DNA from: Candidatus Hydrogenedentota bacterium
GTDB lineage: Bacteria > Hydrogenedentota > Hydrogenedentia > Hydrogenedentales > SLHB01
Length of the DNA stretch: 64,000 nucleotides
NCBI GenBank assembly: GCA_045863295.1
Contig: BTWA01000004.1
Span: forward strand, 160,001 to 224,000
Direction of reading: 5' to 3'
Part shown: positions 1 through 9,458 of the stretch, one piece after another
Layout of the letters: each line of letters starts with the position of its first letter
How positions within the stretch are numbered: position 1 is the stretch's first letter
The notes under the pieces: generated by a model
Seen by the model: the letters and a program-made list of their open reading frames with translations, nothing else
Databases searched by the model: none
Told to the model about the DNA's origin: nothing
Position numbers and translations under genes: made by a program

Positions 1-1
1 C

Positions 2-82
2 CGTCAATCCGTTTATGAAGCGGTTTATACATATGCGGAGTTTGGCGCGGAACGTGCCCTGAAAAGCGCGGATCCCGCCTGA
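2..82 (+). CDS. 3' end of an upstream gene (partial, unknown product)
   Basis: Open frame from window edge: RQSVYEAVYTYAEFGAERALKSADPA-TGA, ending 26 nt before feoA. Confidence 0.35.
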   Translation, partial: RQSVYEAVYTYAEFGAERALKSADPA

Positions 83-108
83 AGGGCTGAACGCCCACGT
101 GGCTTGGC

Positions 109-333
109 ATGCGGACGCTAGAACAACTAAAACCCGGCGATCATGGCGTGGTAGCGGGGCTCTTGGGCGACAGTGCCGTGCACCAGCGGATTCAGGAAAT
201 GGGTGTCATCGAGGGAGCCGAGGTTGAAGTCGTCCGAATGGCGCCGTTGGGAGATCCCATGGAGATCCGCGTGCAGGGGTATCACTTGTCATTGCGCCGC
301 AAGGAAGCTGCCATGGTGCAGCTTCAAGACTGA
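109..333 (+). CDS. feoA: Ferrous iron transport protein A
   Basis: 74 aa; RIQEMGVIEGAEVEVVRMAPLGDPMEIRVQGYHLSLRRKEA is the FeoA signature; directly upstream of feoB. Confidence 0.95.
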   Translation: MRTLEQLKPGDHGVVAGLLGDSAVHQRIQEMGVIEGAEVEVVRMAPLGDPMEIRVQGYHLSLRRKEAAMVQLQD

Positions 334-348
334 ATCTTCATACCTATC

Positions 349-2571
349 ATGACGCATGCCGCCGAAATATCCGCCCGTGACATAGTCATCGCAGTCGTCG
401 GAAATCCCAATGTCGGTAAAACCACGCTCTTCAATTCCTTGACCGGTCTTAGTCAAAGCACCGGCAATTATCCCGGAGTCACGGTGGAGCGTAAGTCCGG
501 CACTCTTGAGTTAAGCCATGCGCGGGCAACGTTGATCGACCTTCCCGGAACATACAGTCTCGCGGCCCGCTCTCCGGACGAAATCCTCGTTATCGATGTC
601 TTGTTGGGCCAAATGCCGGGGGAGCGCGACATCACCGCCATTCTCGCGGTGGTGGATGCTACCAACCTCGAACGAAATCTCTATCTGGTGTCTCAGCTCA
701 AAGAGCTTGGCAAGCCCATGGTCATTGCCTTGAACATGATGGATCTTGCCGAAAAGATGCGGCTGGTGGTGCAACCCCAAAAGCTCTCGGAGGCCTTGGG
801 CATGCCCGTGGTGCCGATCTGCGCGCACAAGCGGGTGGGCTATGACGCCCTGCGCGAAGCCTTGACGGCTACAATAACCAGCGGCTCCTTGGATCCGGAC
901 AAGCGGCCGGTCTATCCAGAAAAACTGGGGGCGGCGGTCGACTCGTTGTGGGAATCCCTGAACGCGCGTTCGCACGAATTGGGCCGCAGCATCCAACGGC
1001 CCGAAGCGTTTCGCGTGCTCGTGGATCGCGACGGGTATGCGGAACAACGCATCGGCAAGAAATTGGCCGGAGCGTTGAAGCCAATCCTGGAAGATCACCG
1101 CAAACGTGCTTCCGAAAATGGGCCGTCCTTGCATGCGATCGAAGCCAAGAGCCGGTATGCGTGGGTGCGAGAGGCGGTGGCGGCGGGCTTGGAACGTCCG
1201 CGCGAACGGATTATTACGTCGTCGGATCGGCTTGATTCGATTGTGACGCATAAGGTGTATGGCACGGTTCTATTCGTTGTCATCATGGCCATTGTGTTTC
1301 AGTCCATTTACCAGTGGGCCGGTCCATTGATGGATTTGATAGACGGGGGGCTGGGCTGGCTGGGCAAGCGCGCGGGATCGGTTCTTCCAGAAGGTGCGCT
1401 TCAGAGTCTGGTGGTAGATGGCATTTTCGGCGGCGTCGCCGCGGTAGTCGTGTTTCTGCCGCAGATTCTCATTTTGTCGTTGTTTATCGCGCTTCTGGAA
1501 GACTGCGGTTACATGGCGCGGGCCGCGTTTCTCATGGATCGGCTATTGAGCCGGTGCGGTCTTTCGGGGCAGTCGTTCATCCCCTTGCTGTCCAGTTTCG
1601 CGTGTGCGATTCCCGGTGTGATGGCCACGCGCACCATCGCGAACCGGCGGGATCGGTTTGCAACAATTCTGGTGGCGCCGCTGATGAGTTGCTCGGCGAG
1701 ATTGCCGGTGTACATCATTATGATTGGCGCGTTCGTACCGGATCGCACTGTTTTGGGTGGCGTGGTCAATGTACAGGGCCTGACGCTATTCCTGATGTAT
1801 TGCCTGGGTGTGGCGATCGCGATACCAGTGGCCTGGTTGTTGAAGAAGACCCTTCTCAAGGGCGACCCGCCACCATTCGTGCTGGAATTGCCATCGTATA
1901 AAACACCGCAAGTGGGCACCGTGGCGCGCAAGGTATGGAGGCAGGGCATGGAGTTTTTGAAGCGCGCCGGTACGCTCATCTTCGCAATTACGATCATCGT
2001 GTGGGCTTTGGCGTATTTCCCGCGATCGGAATCGATTTCCGAGTCCTTTGACGCGCAACGTGAGGCCGCCACGGCCGCGGCCATGAACGAAACGGACCTC
2101 GCGGAACAGTTGGCGAACCTGGACAACGAGGAAGCCAGCGCACACGTGGAGAACAGTTACTTCGCACGCATGGGCCACGCTATTGAACCCGTTGTCAGGC
2201 CGCTGGGTTGGGACTGGCGAATTGGCATGGCGACAATCGCATCGTTTCCCGCACGTGAAATCATCGTCGCCACATTGGGTACCATATTTAAACTGGGTTC
2301 GGACGTTTCAGAGGAAGACGAAGTGCTGCGCAATGCGCTTAGAGAGGCAACGCGCGCGGACGGCTCCCCGTTGTTCACATTGCCCGTGGCCCTGTCTGTC
2401 ATGGTCTTCTTCGCGCTCTGCTGCCAATGCGGCGCCACGCTGGTGGTCATTCGGCGGGAAACGCAATCGTGGCGGTGGCCGGCATTTACGTTTGCGTACA
2501 TGACTGCGCTGGCGTACGTGGCAGCGCTCGTGGTATATCAGGCAGGCACGGCCGCAGGATTGGGAGGCTGA
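349..2571 (+). CDS. feoB: Ferrous iron transport protein B
   Basis: GTPase motifs GNPNVGKT, GNYPGVTVE, DLPGTYSL, NMMD; membrane domain with LEDCGYMARAA, FACAIP, MSCSARLP. Confidence 0.97.
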   Translation: MTHAAEISARDIVIAVVGNPNVGKTTLFNSLTGLSQSTGNYPGVTVERKSGTLELSHARATLIDLPGTYSLAARSPDEILVIDVLLGQMPGERDITAILAVVDATNLERNLYLVSQLKELGKPMVIALNMMDLAEKMRLVVQPQKLSEALGMPVVPICAHKRVGYDALREALTATITSGSLDPDKRPVYPEKLGAAVDSLWESLNARSHELGRSIQRPEAFRVLVDRDGYAEQRIGKKLAGALKPILEDHRKRASENGPSLHAIEAKSRYAWVREAVAAGLERPRERIITSSDRLDSIVTHKVYGTVLFVVIMAIVFQSIYQWAGPLMDLIDGGLGWLGKRAGSVLPEGALQSLVVDGIFGGVAAVVVFLPQILILSLFIALLEDCGYMARAAFLMDRLLSRCGLSGQSFIPLLSSFACAIPGVMATRTIANRRDRFATILVAPLMSCSARLPVYIIMIGAFVPDRTVLGGVVNVQGLTLFLMYCLGVAIAIPVAWLLKKTLLKGDPPPFVLELPSYKTPQVGTVARKVWRQGMEFLKRAGTLIFAITIIVWALAYFPRSESISESFDAQREAATAAAMNETDLAEQLANLDNEEASAHVENSYFARMGHAIEPVVRPLGWDWRIGMATIASFPAREIIVATLGTIFKLGSDVSEEDEVLRNALREATRADGSPLFTLPVALSVMVFFALCCQCGATLVVIRRETQSWRWPAFTFAYMTALAYVAALVVYQAGTAAGLGG

Positions 2572-2575
2572 TCGC

Positions 2576-2719
2576 ATGGACTTCCAAACCATCCTCGCTT
2601 TCGGTGTCGTAGCCGCTTGCGCGGCGTTTTTGATTCGCCATTGGATCCGGCAATGGACGGGCAAGGGACACGCCTGCGGCGGGTGCGGCGGCCACTGCGG
2701 CGACGCGAAGTCCAATTAG
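2576..2719 (+). CDS. FeoB-associated Cys-rich small membrane protein (47 aa; below ORF-track cutoff)
   Basis: MDFQTILAFGVVAACAAFLIRHWIRQWTGKGHACGGCGGHCGDAKSN; one TM helix plus CxxCxxxC; starts 4 nt after feoB stop, GGAGG upstream. Confidence 0.85.
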   Translation: MDFQTILAFGVVAACAAFLIRHWIRQWTGKGHACGGCGGHCGDAKSN

Positions 2720-2728
2720 GCGGCCCCG

Positions 2729-3331
2729 TCACCCGAGCCGGATGCGCCCTTGAAGTGCGTGGGACAACGTCGCGCTGTCCGCATATTCCACACCACCGCC
2801 CATCGGCACCCCGTGGGCGATGCGGCTGACGAAAACATTCAGCGGCGTCAACAACCGGGTCAAATACAACGCAGTCGCCTCGCCTTCCGCTGTCGCATTC
2901 GTGGCCAGAATGACTTCGTCAATGCCTCCCGCTTTCACACGCTTTACTAATCGGTCGATGGTCAATTCGTCCGGTCCGGTTCCTTCCAGCGGGTTCAATG
3001 CGCCGTGCAACACGTGATACAGGCCCCTGTATCCACCGCCTTTTTCAATCGCGAGCACAGCCGCAGGGTGTTCAACCACGCAAATCAGGGCGCTGTCGCG
3101 TGTGGCGCTGCGGCAGATGGCGCACGGATCGCCATCGGTCAAATTGGCGCACACGGAACATGTCGTGACGCGTGCGCGCGCTTCCCGAAGGGCCGCGCTC
3201 ATGGCTTCCGCATCGGCGGCAGGCGCGCTCAGAAGATGCAGCACATACCGTTCGGCGGATCGCTTGCCCACTCCGGGCAGTTTCCGGAACGATTCGATCA
3301 GACGTTCTACGGAAGGCGATTCAAAAATCAT
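2729..3331 (-). CDS. recR: Recombination mediator RecR
   Basis: HhH LPGVGKRSAER, C4 zinc finger CSVC..CAIC, Toprim EVILATNATAEGEATA, SRIAHGVPMGG; start at MIFESPS inferred. Confidence 0.95.
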   Translation of the reverse strand: MIFESPSVERLIESFRKLPGVGKRSAERYVLHLLSAPAADAEAMSAALREARARVTTCSVCANLTDGDPCAICRSATRDSALICVVEHPAAVLAIEKGGGYRGLYHVLHGALNPLEGTGPDELTIDRLVKRVKAGGIDEVILATNATAEGEATALYLTRLLTPLNVFVSRIAHGVPMGGGVEYADSATLSHALQGRIRLG

Positions 3332-3389
3332 GACACAATACCCGTTGCAATCCCACTGGTTTTCCAAATCTCATTGTACGGGAAGGGAG

Positions 3390-3935
3390 TCATGCCCCGC
3401 CCTGTTCAAGCGCCACCTTGCCTGCGCGGCTAAGGCGGACCAGTTGCGTGGCCACCTCGTCAATGCGCTCGAGTATGGCCGGGGTGACAACACGCCCGTT
3501 CTCGACATCCGTTTCGAGGGCGTAGACAAACCGGGGAACAATAAGTGTGCGGAAGTCGAGCATGAGGCTGTTGGCAAGTCCCATGACGGCCATGTAACTG
3601 GATCGTCCGCCTGCGGCACACAAAAACGCGACCGTCTGGTTACGCCATGCATCCCCGGCAAGTTCTACCAGATTCTTCGCGGCCGAGCCGGCGCTGAAGT
3701 TGTACACAGGCACGGCAAATACCACGCCCTGGGCTTGGGCGATCCGTTGTTTCACGTCGGCCACTTCGGGATGAGCATAACTGTAGGAACCGTCGCACAA
3801 TGGGAGAGCATAATCGCGCAAATCCATCCAATCGGCGTGGTGGCCATGGCGGTCCAGCGCCGCCAAGGCGGCCCGGGCCAGGACTCTGCTGCGGCTATCG
3901 GGATTCAGACTGGAACTGATTACTAGAAACGACAT
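3390..3935 (-). CDS. NADPH-dependent FMN reductase (flavodoxin-like fold)
   Basis: SSSLNPDSRSR, AVPVYNFS..AKNLVEL, AAGG motifs. Confidence 0.85.
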   Translation of the reverse strand: MSFLVISSSLNPDSRSRVLARAALAALDRHGHHADWMDLRDYALPLCDGSYSYAHPEVADVKQRIAQAQGVVFAVPVYNFSAGSAAKNLVELAGDAWRNQTVAFLCAAGGRSSYMAVMGLANSLMLDFRTLIVPRFVYALETDVENGRVVTPAILERIDEVATQLVRLSRAGKVALEQGGA

Positions 3936-4024
3936 TCGCGGACTCAATCGTGTATTTGCTGCCGATCCACTTCTGGAATAGTACCCTAAAACCCCTCGAC
4001 GTTGCCTTTTTGTTCCCGTAAATG

Positions 4025-4054
4025 AAAAAGCCGGCTGGCAAGCCAGCCGGCTTT
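4025..4054 (-). terminator. Intrinsic terminator of the polysaccharide export operon
   Basis: Minus strand GCCGGCTGG-CTTG-CCAGCCGGC followed by TTTTT, ~25 nt after the wzc-like stop. Confidence 0.8.
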
Positions 4055-4078
4055 CCGAATGTTCGGGCTCGATCCACG

Positions 4079-6070
4079 TCAGATGCGCTTGTACACCGCT
4101 TTCGGGATCAACTGTTTGCGGTCCGTCAACACGGCTCCAAGTACGCGCCCCTTGGCTTCAGCCAGGGTTTCCATGGATCGCATGACCACTTCGCGGCGGG
4201 TGCTGTCTGTCTTGACAACAACGATCATGCCGTCTGCATGACGCACGAGATTCACCGCGTCGTGCGAGCTAAGCACCGGCGGAACGTGGAAAATGATGCG
4301 CTTGAAGCGGCCCCTCAGGTCGGCAATAACTTCGCGCATCCGCTCCGAATTCCAGAGGTACACGGGGCAGTCTTTCTGGGTGCCGCGCGACATGACGTAG
4401 AGGTCGCCGATGGTCGTAACGACGTCTTGCGCCTGGGCCTCGCCGAGGACAACATCCAGGAGCCCTCGGCCGCTCGCGGCTTCAGGTATGGCCGCGCCGT
4501 CAAAGTCGATGAGCAGAACGTGCCCATCGGGATCGCCTGCCGCGGCGTCCGCAAGAGTGCGGGCCACCTGGTGAGAGTTTTCACCGCCGATGGAACTGGC
4601 CACGCCGATGAATTGCAGCGGCTGATCCGAGTACAGCGCCTCGAGAATCGAGTTGAGTCGCTGGGCTTCCCTGTCATCGAGTTTGGTTCCACTGCTGCCA
4701 AAGAAGGATGCCAGCGGCGCGACGTTGAAGAAGTGTTCGACATCTTCCGGCGTCTTGATGCCGTGATCAAGGTATTCCAGAAAAAACGCCAGCGCGATAC
4801 CGCCCACGACACCAGCCATGATGCCGATGATCATGTTGAACGCCTTGCGGGGGCGAATGGGAGACGTGGGCGTGCTGGCATTTTGCACGACGCGTACGTT
4901 CTCGACACTCTGCTCCAAGAGGCCGTTCATGACGCTGGTTTCTTTTACCTTATTGGAGAAGAACTCGTACTCTTCAGCGCGCAGCTCCACCTGCTTCTGC
5001 AGAATATCGTGTTCATCGATGATTTCCGCCAAGGCTTTGCGCCTCTCTTCGACGGTCTTTTTCTGTTCGCCAATTCTCTGGCGCTCTTTCTCCAACGACG
5101 TCAGCAGGTTTGATTCGGCTTTTTCGATCTGATTGACGAGGCCCAAGAGTTCCGGGTGATCCTTACCCTTGGCCGTTGCCGTTTCATTACGTTGATTAAC
5201 GAGTCGCAGCAGTTGCAGGCGTTGTTCCGTGATGACTGTGCTGTCGGTTTCCCTGGAAAGTGTGGCGATGGGATCTTTCTCCAGATTTTCGCCAATTTCC
5301 TTCAATTGGATTTCGGAACGCAACAGACTGGAGTACTGTTCAGTAAGCAGTTCGTTTTCAATCTCGATCTCATACACATTCTTCGTTTCACGGAACGTTT
5401 TTAGGGCCCCTTGGGCGGCCTTCCACTTATTCTCGGAATCGACGAGTTTGTCGTTGAAATACTGAATAGCCTTCGGGCCCACGCTGTAGATTTCTTTGCG
5501 GCGATACTCCCGATACTGCGCCAACGTCTCCGTCAGAACATCCCGGGAAATTTTCGGGGTACCCAGCCTGCACAGCACTTCCAACGTGAATGAGTCCTTG
5601 ATCGGACGCACGACGATGGCAGCACGGAGCACTTGAATCCCGGCTTGAATCTGGGCCTCTTCATCGCTAACGCCAACCGCACTCTTCAGTCCGGACACGA
5701 CCGACTGAGCCGCATTCATGAGCGAACGTACGGGTCCAGTGCGGCCGGCCGTCAGAGATTCGAGTCCCATTTTCTTGACGACAGCTCCGAGCACGTCGTT
5801 GCTGAAAATAATCTGAATTTCGGAATTGATATCGAACTCGTTCATGGTCACCACGGCGGTCCCATTCTCTTGAATGACCGTGGGCTGCACGGAACTGCTT
5901 TCCGCACCTCGCACGAGTTGGATCTTCGCCTGGGACTCGTAGGTCTCGGGCCAAATGATGTTGCCCACGAAGACCCCGAGGATAACGATCACGGCGAAGC
6001 CAATGATCTGGACCTTACGTTTGAACAAAACCGTAAGGATGTCCCTCAGGTAGATTTGCCTTTGCTCCAT
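4079..6070 (-). CDS. Polysaccharide co-polymerase (Wzc/GumC family) with degenerate C-terminal BY-kinase-like domain
   Basis: N-terminal LRDILTVLFKRK + TM, coiled-coil periplasmic region, P..PIRPRK + second TM, EYLDHGIKTPEDVE, then CpsD-like fold (VLLIDFD, DGMIVVV, GRVLGAVL). Confidence 0.88.
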   Translation of the reverse strand: MEQRQIYLRDILTVLFKRKVQIIGFAVIVILGVFVGNIIWPETYESQAKIQLVRGAESSSVQPTVIQENGTAVVTMNEFDINSEIQIIFSNDVLGAVVKKMGLESLTAGRTGPVRSLMNAAQSVVSGLKSAVGVSDEEAQIQAGIQVLRAAIVVRPIKDSFTLEVLCRLGTPKISRDVLTETLAQYREYRRKEIYSVGPKAIQYFNDKLVDSENKWKAAQGALKTFRETKNVYEIEIENELLTEQYSSLLRSEIQLKEIGENLEKDPIATLSRETDSTVITEQRLQLLRLVNQRNETATAKGKDHPELLGLVNQIEKAESNLLTSLEKERQRIGEQKKTVEERRKALAEIIDEHDILQKQVELRAEEYEFFSNKVKETSVMNGLLEQSVENVRVVQNASTPTSPIRPRKAFNMIIGIMAGVVGGIALAFFLEYLDHGIKTPEDVEHFFNVAPLASFFGSSGTKLDDREAQRLNSILEALYSDQPLQFIGVASSIGGENSHQVARTLADAAAGDPDGHVLLIDFDGAAIPEAASGRGLLDVVLGEAQAQDVVTTIGDLYVMSRGTQKDCPVYLWNSERMREVIADLRGRFKRIIFHVPPVLSSHDAVNLVRHADGMIVVVKTDSTRREVVMRSMETLAEAKGRVLGAVLTDRKQLIPKAVYKRI

Positions 6071-6177
6071 TGTACGTTCCTCTTTGGCTAGCGCGGCGGG
6101 GGGCATTGCCCCCCTGCCGCGTTGCGTGTCAGTCGTTCAACTATACCGATTGGTCATCTCGAACGAAACCCGCTCGA

Positions 6178-7557
6178 TCAGGGCGTAAACTGAATCGCCT
6201 GATTGTTCGGGGTCGGAATCAAGTTGATGCCCGAATTGAAACTCTTGGACTTGACGTCCGAGGTTGTCTTTTGGGTGTTCAGGTAATACGTGCCCGTAAC
6301 GCCCAGGTTGTTGTCGAAAGGCACCACTTCGTCAATGTATTGTTCGACGAACAGGTCGACTTTCGAGATAATCTTCTTGGGCACGTAGACGACGTCAAAC
6401 GGCCGTAAGAGGAGATCGTTCTCGGTCTTGCCTTCTTTCAGGACCAGGTCGAGGTTGGTCTTGAATGTATACGGCTTGCCGTTCGGGTTGCGCCGGATAA
6501 CGACAATGCTGTTCAAGCGGGCGTCGTTGTTCACACCGCCGGCCATCAGGATGGCTTGCAACGCCGAGGGGGCGCCGACCAACGGGTACACGCCGGGAAC
6601 GCCGACTTCGCCACCCACGAAAATGCGGGCGCCGGTCGGCGATACCACATCAACGTGCGTATCCACGGCATTGAACGTCACCTGCGAATACAGGTCGTTC
6701 AGGTTCTGACGCATTTCTTCGACGGTGTATCCGGCGGCCTGAATCTCACCCACCCGCGGGACCGACACGCGCCCATCGGGACGGACGGTGTACGTGCCGT
6801 TCATCCCAGTAAGTTCCGTATTGATGAACGGGAACACGACAAGCGTGACTTCCGGTTCGTTCTTGAGGATCTTGGCCACTTCGGCCTTTACCGCCTCGCC
6901 CGCTTCGCCCACGGTCAGCCCCGCGATGCGCACGTCGGACTTGACGCCGGGAACGCGAATAGCGCCGTCGGGACGTACGATCACGTCGCGGCTGATATTT
7001 TCCAGACGGTCCGGGTTGGAGAAGTCGATGTTTACGGTTATCTGTTCCTGCTCATTCAGGATGCCCGTGCTCTTGTACAAGTTGACGAGCTTGGCTTCCA
7101 GGTCGGCAGGCTTGAGACCGGCGGCCATCACATCGCCAATGCGGGGCATGGTGATGAAGCCGTCGGGCCGTACGGTGCGGTTGGAGTTGAACGTCCAATC
7201 CACCAGGAAGCTGATACCGAGCAGGTCGCCCACGTCAATGACGTAGTCATGGCCGTCGGCCATTTTGCTCAGCACACGGACTTCCATGCGATCGCCAACT
7301 TCAATTTTGTAGTCCCACGGAATTTCGCCTTCGCGGTATTCCTTGATGCGGAACTGCAAATTGAGTTGATCGCCAACATTCACCAGATACGGCAAGTCTT
7401 CGCCGCTATAGTGTTGAATCTCTTCGGGTGTGACGGTCTTATCCGTCCCTTGCGGGTCGAGCATGAGGGTGCTGTCCGTTGTGGCGCAACCCGCCAAAAT
7501 CAACGGGACCAGCAGCCAGGCATGCCGCCTGAGTCGACTGAAGCCCTTCCGTTTCAT
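6178..7557 (-). CDS. Polysaccharide export lipoprotein (Wza/OPX family) with three poly_export units and an SLBB domain
   Basis: Lipobox LILAGC; three VGD-L strands and three VRPDG..P..G...AG motifs; IFVGGEVGVPGVYPL..ALQAILMAGG SLBB; LRPFDVVYVP. Confidence 0.9.
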   Translation of the reverse strand: MKRKGFSRLRRHAWLLVPLILAGCATTDSTLMLDPQGTDKTVTPEEIQHYSGEDLPYLVNVGDQLNLQFRIKEYREGEIPWDYKIEVGDRMEVRVLSKMADGHDYVIDVGDLLGISFLVDWTFNSNRTVRPDGFITMPRIGDVMAAGLKPADLEAKLVNLYKSTGILNEQEQITVNIDFSNPDRLENISRDVIVRPDGAIRVPGVKSDVRIAGLTVGEAGEAVKAEVAKILKNEPEVTLVVFPFINTELTGMNGTYTVRPDGRVSVPRVGEIQAAGYTVEEMRQNLNDLYSQVTFNAVDTHVDVVSPTGARIFVGGEVGVPGVYPLVGAPSALQAILMAGGVNNDARLNSIVVIRRNPNGKPYTFKTNLDLVLKEGKTENDLLLRPFDVVYVPKKIISKVDLFVEQYIDEVVPFDNNLGVTGTYYLNTQKTTSDVKSKSFNSGINLIPTPNNQAIQFTP

Positions 7558-7620
7558 GTGCACGTGCCTCCTCCTGTATCCAGCGACCATCGGACCAGCC
7601 TGATACGTTTATTCCTTCCG

Positions 7621-8502
7621 CTATCTGCTACCGCTCGATCCCTTGTCACCCGTCCTGTAAACAGGGTTTCGAGCGGCCTCTGTCTGCGTGATATAACGAC
7701 TCGTGAACGCGTCGGTTTTCGACGGTTGTTGCACGAATGGAAACTCTCTGAATCGTTGTTCGGGGTCGGGCAGACCGACACCGTAAGGCTTCGCGGCGAG
7801 CCGCGGCAGGCGCTCCATTTCGTCCTGCCGCATCGTCGCGCCGAGTTCGGGCCGTTCGATGTCCATATCCGGTGCGAACAGCTGCGCGGGCGTGATCTTC
7901 CGGCGTTGGCGTACGTTCGGAATGATACGGAACAAGCCTGAACGGCTCAGCAAGACGCTCTTGTATATTTCCGCAGGCAGCAACTGGCTCTGCTTGAAGA
8001 TGTCGAGCACGAGCGTACTGGCCTTCCACAACGCCGTCGCGTCCTTGGGATCGTCGGTCTCCATCGCAATGCGCTGCACGTGGTACATCACCGCGTCGCG
8101 GACGTCGTCCGCGCTGGCTTCCACCTTGGCGGAGTACGGCGGGAACAGGTCGAGCGATTCAACGGTAATCCGATAGAAATAGCCCGGGTTTTGCAGGTAG
8201 TTTGGCGCGGAGGGCTTGAGCACTTCGGCTTTGACCTGCGCCAAATAACGGACTTCGGTCTTGGGTAATTCCTGGTCGACATCGCCGGTATTGGCGGTAA
8301 AATCGGGCCCCCATTTGCGTTCGCGGGAGGTAATTCCAATCCGGCAGACATTGTACTTCTGCTCGATAATAAGATGATTCACGCCGTCGTTCAGGGGCAA
8401 GCCGTGAAACACCGCCTGTTGAGCGATCGCGGGGGCCGGAAACACGCAAAGTGCCGCCACGGCGGCGATCGTCACGGTGAGTTGGTTTAGTGCCTTTGCC
8501 AT
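7621..8502 (-). CDS. Uncharacterised secreted/periplasmic protein (293 aa)
   Basis: Signal peptide MAKALNQLTVTIAAVAALCVFPAPAIA-Q; ATG overlaps the upstream TGA (TGATG). Confidence 0.75.
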   Translation of the reverse strand: MAKALNQLTVTIAAVAALCVFPAPAIAQQAVFHGLPLNDGVNHLIIEQKYNVCRIGITSRERKWGPDFTANTGDVDQELPKTEVRYLAQVKAEVLKPSAPNYLQNPGYFYRITVESLDLFPPYSAKVEASADDVRDAVMYHVQRIAMETDDPKDATALWKASTLVLDIFKQSQLLPAEIYKSVLLSRSGLFRIIPNVRQRRKITPAQLFAPDMDIERPELGATMRQDEMERLPRLAAKPYGVGLPDPEQRFREFPFVQQPSKTDAFTSRYITQTEAARNPVYRTGDKGSSGSR

Positions 8503-9458
8503 CAGTTCAAATCTCCGTTCGCTCCGGCCGTTAACCGGCCCTGACGGGTAAACACGGTTTCCTGAAAGGCGGAGCCTTCGTCTATCCGCACATCGGCCAT
8601 GACGACGCACCGCTCCAGGGTGACGGGTTTGCTGATGGCCACCCGATCGCCCACGACCGTATCCACCAATTTGACGCCGTCCGCCATGCGGCAATCGGCG
8701 CCGACCATATGCGTAACGTTGAGTTTGCGCAACTGGCGCATCGTGCATTGGATCAAATCCGACGGATACGTGACATTGACGTCCCAATCCACGACCGGCG
8801 CGGCATGCACGGGGTATTCATAATCGATAAGGATCTGAATCGAGTCAGTCAATTCATATTCATCGCGCATGGCGGTGCGTGGCGTGCGGCGAATGGCATC
8901 GAATACCGGCAAATCAAACAGGTATATGCCGCACCCCTTAAGCGTATTCACGACATGGCGCGGCTTTTCGATCACCCTGCGCACGGATCCGTCGTCGCGA
9001 AGCAGAACCGAAAAGTTACGCTTTACGGCGTCGGGATCGCTCTCTTCCTTCACCGCGATAACCGCGGCGGCGCTCTTCTCTTCCATCATCCGGATCATGC
9101 GGCCAAGCTCGCTCACTTCAAAGAAAATGTCGCCGAGCATCAGCATGAACGGCCGTGTCATGTGCCGTTCCAGCAGGCCGACGGCATGCGCAAGGCCGAG
9201 CCGGCGCTCCTGCTCCACATAGTGTATGCGCACGCCGTAACCGGACCCGTCGCCGAGCGTCTGCGTAATGCGGTGGCCGAGATGGCCGATGACGATGTAG
9301 ACATCCTCAATCCCGCAATCGCGCATGTAATCGAGTTGGTAGGCCAGCAAGGGCTTGTTACAGATAGGCACGATGCACTTGGGCGTGGCTTCGCCAAAGG
9401 GGCCCATGCGGGTCCCGTGGCCGGCGGCGAGTATGGCTCCCTGGTAGCGGGTGGTCAT
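8502..9458 (-). CDS. Sugar-phosphate nucleotidyltransferase (RmlA-long/GlmU-like)
   Basis: GAILAAGHGTRM..PK, YVEQERRLGLAHAV, LGDIFF, IEKP, EYELTD; short beta-helix tail; ATGA overlap with upstream gene. Confidence 0.88.
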   Translation of the reverse strand: MTTRYQGAILAAGHGTRMGPFGEATPKCIVPICNKPLLAYQLDYMRDCGIEDVYIVIGHLGHRITQTLGDGSGYGVRIHYVEQERRLGLAHAVGLLERHMTRPFMLMLGDIFFEVSELGRMIRMMEEKSAAAVIAVKEESDPDAVKRNFSVLLRDDGSVRRVIEKPRHVVNTLKGCGIYLFDLPVFDAIRRTPRTAMRDEYELTDSIQILIDYEYPVHAAPVVDWDVNVTYPSDLIQCTMRQLRKLNVTHMVGADCRMADGVKLVDTVVGDRVAISKPVTLERCVVMADVRIDEGSAFQETVFTRQGRLTAGANGDLN

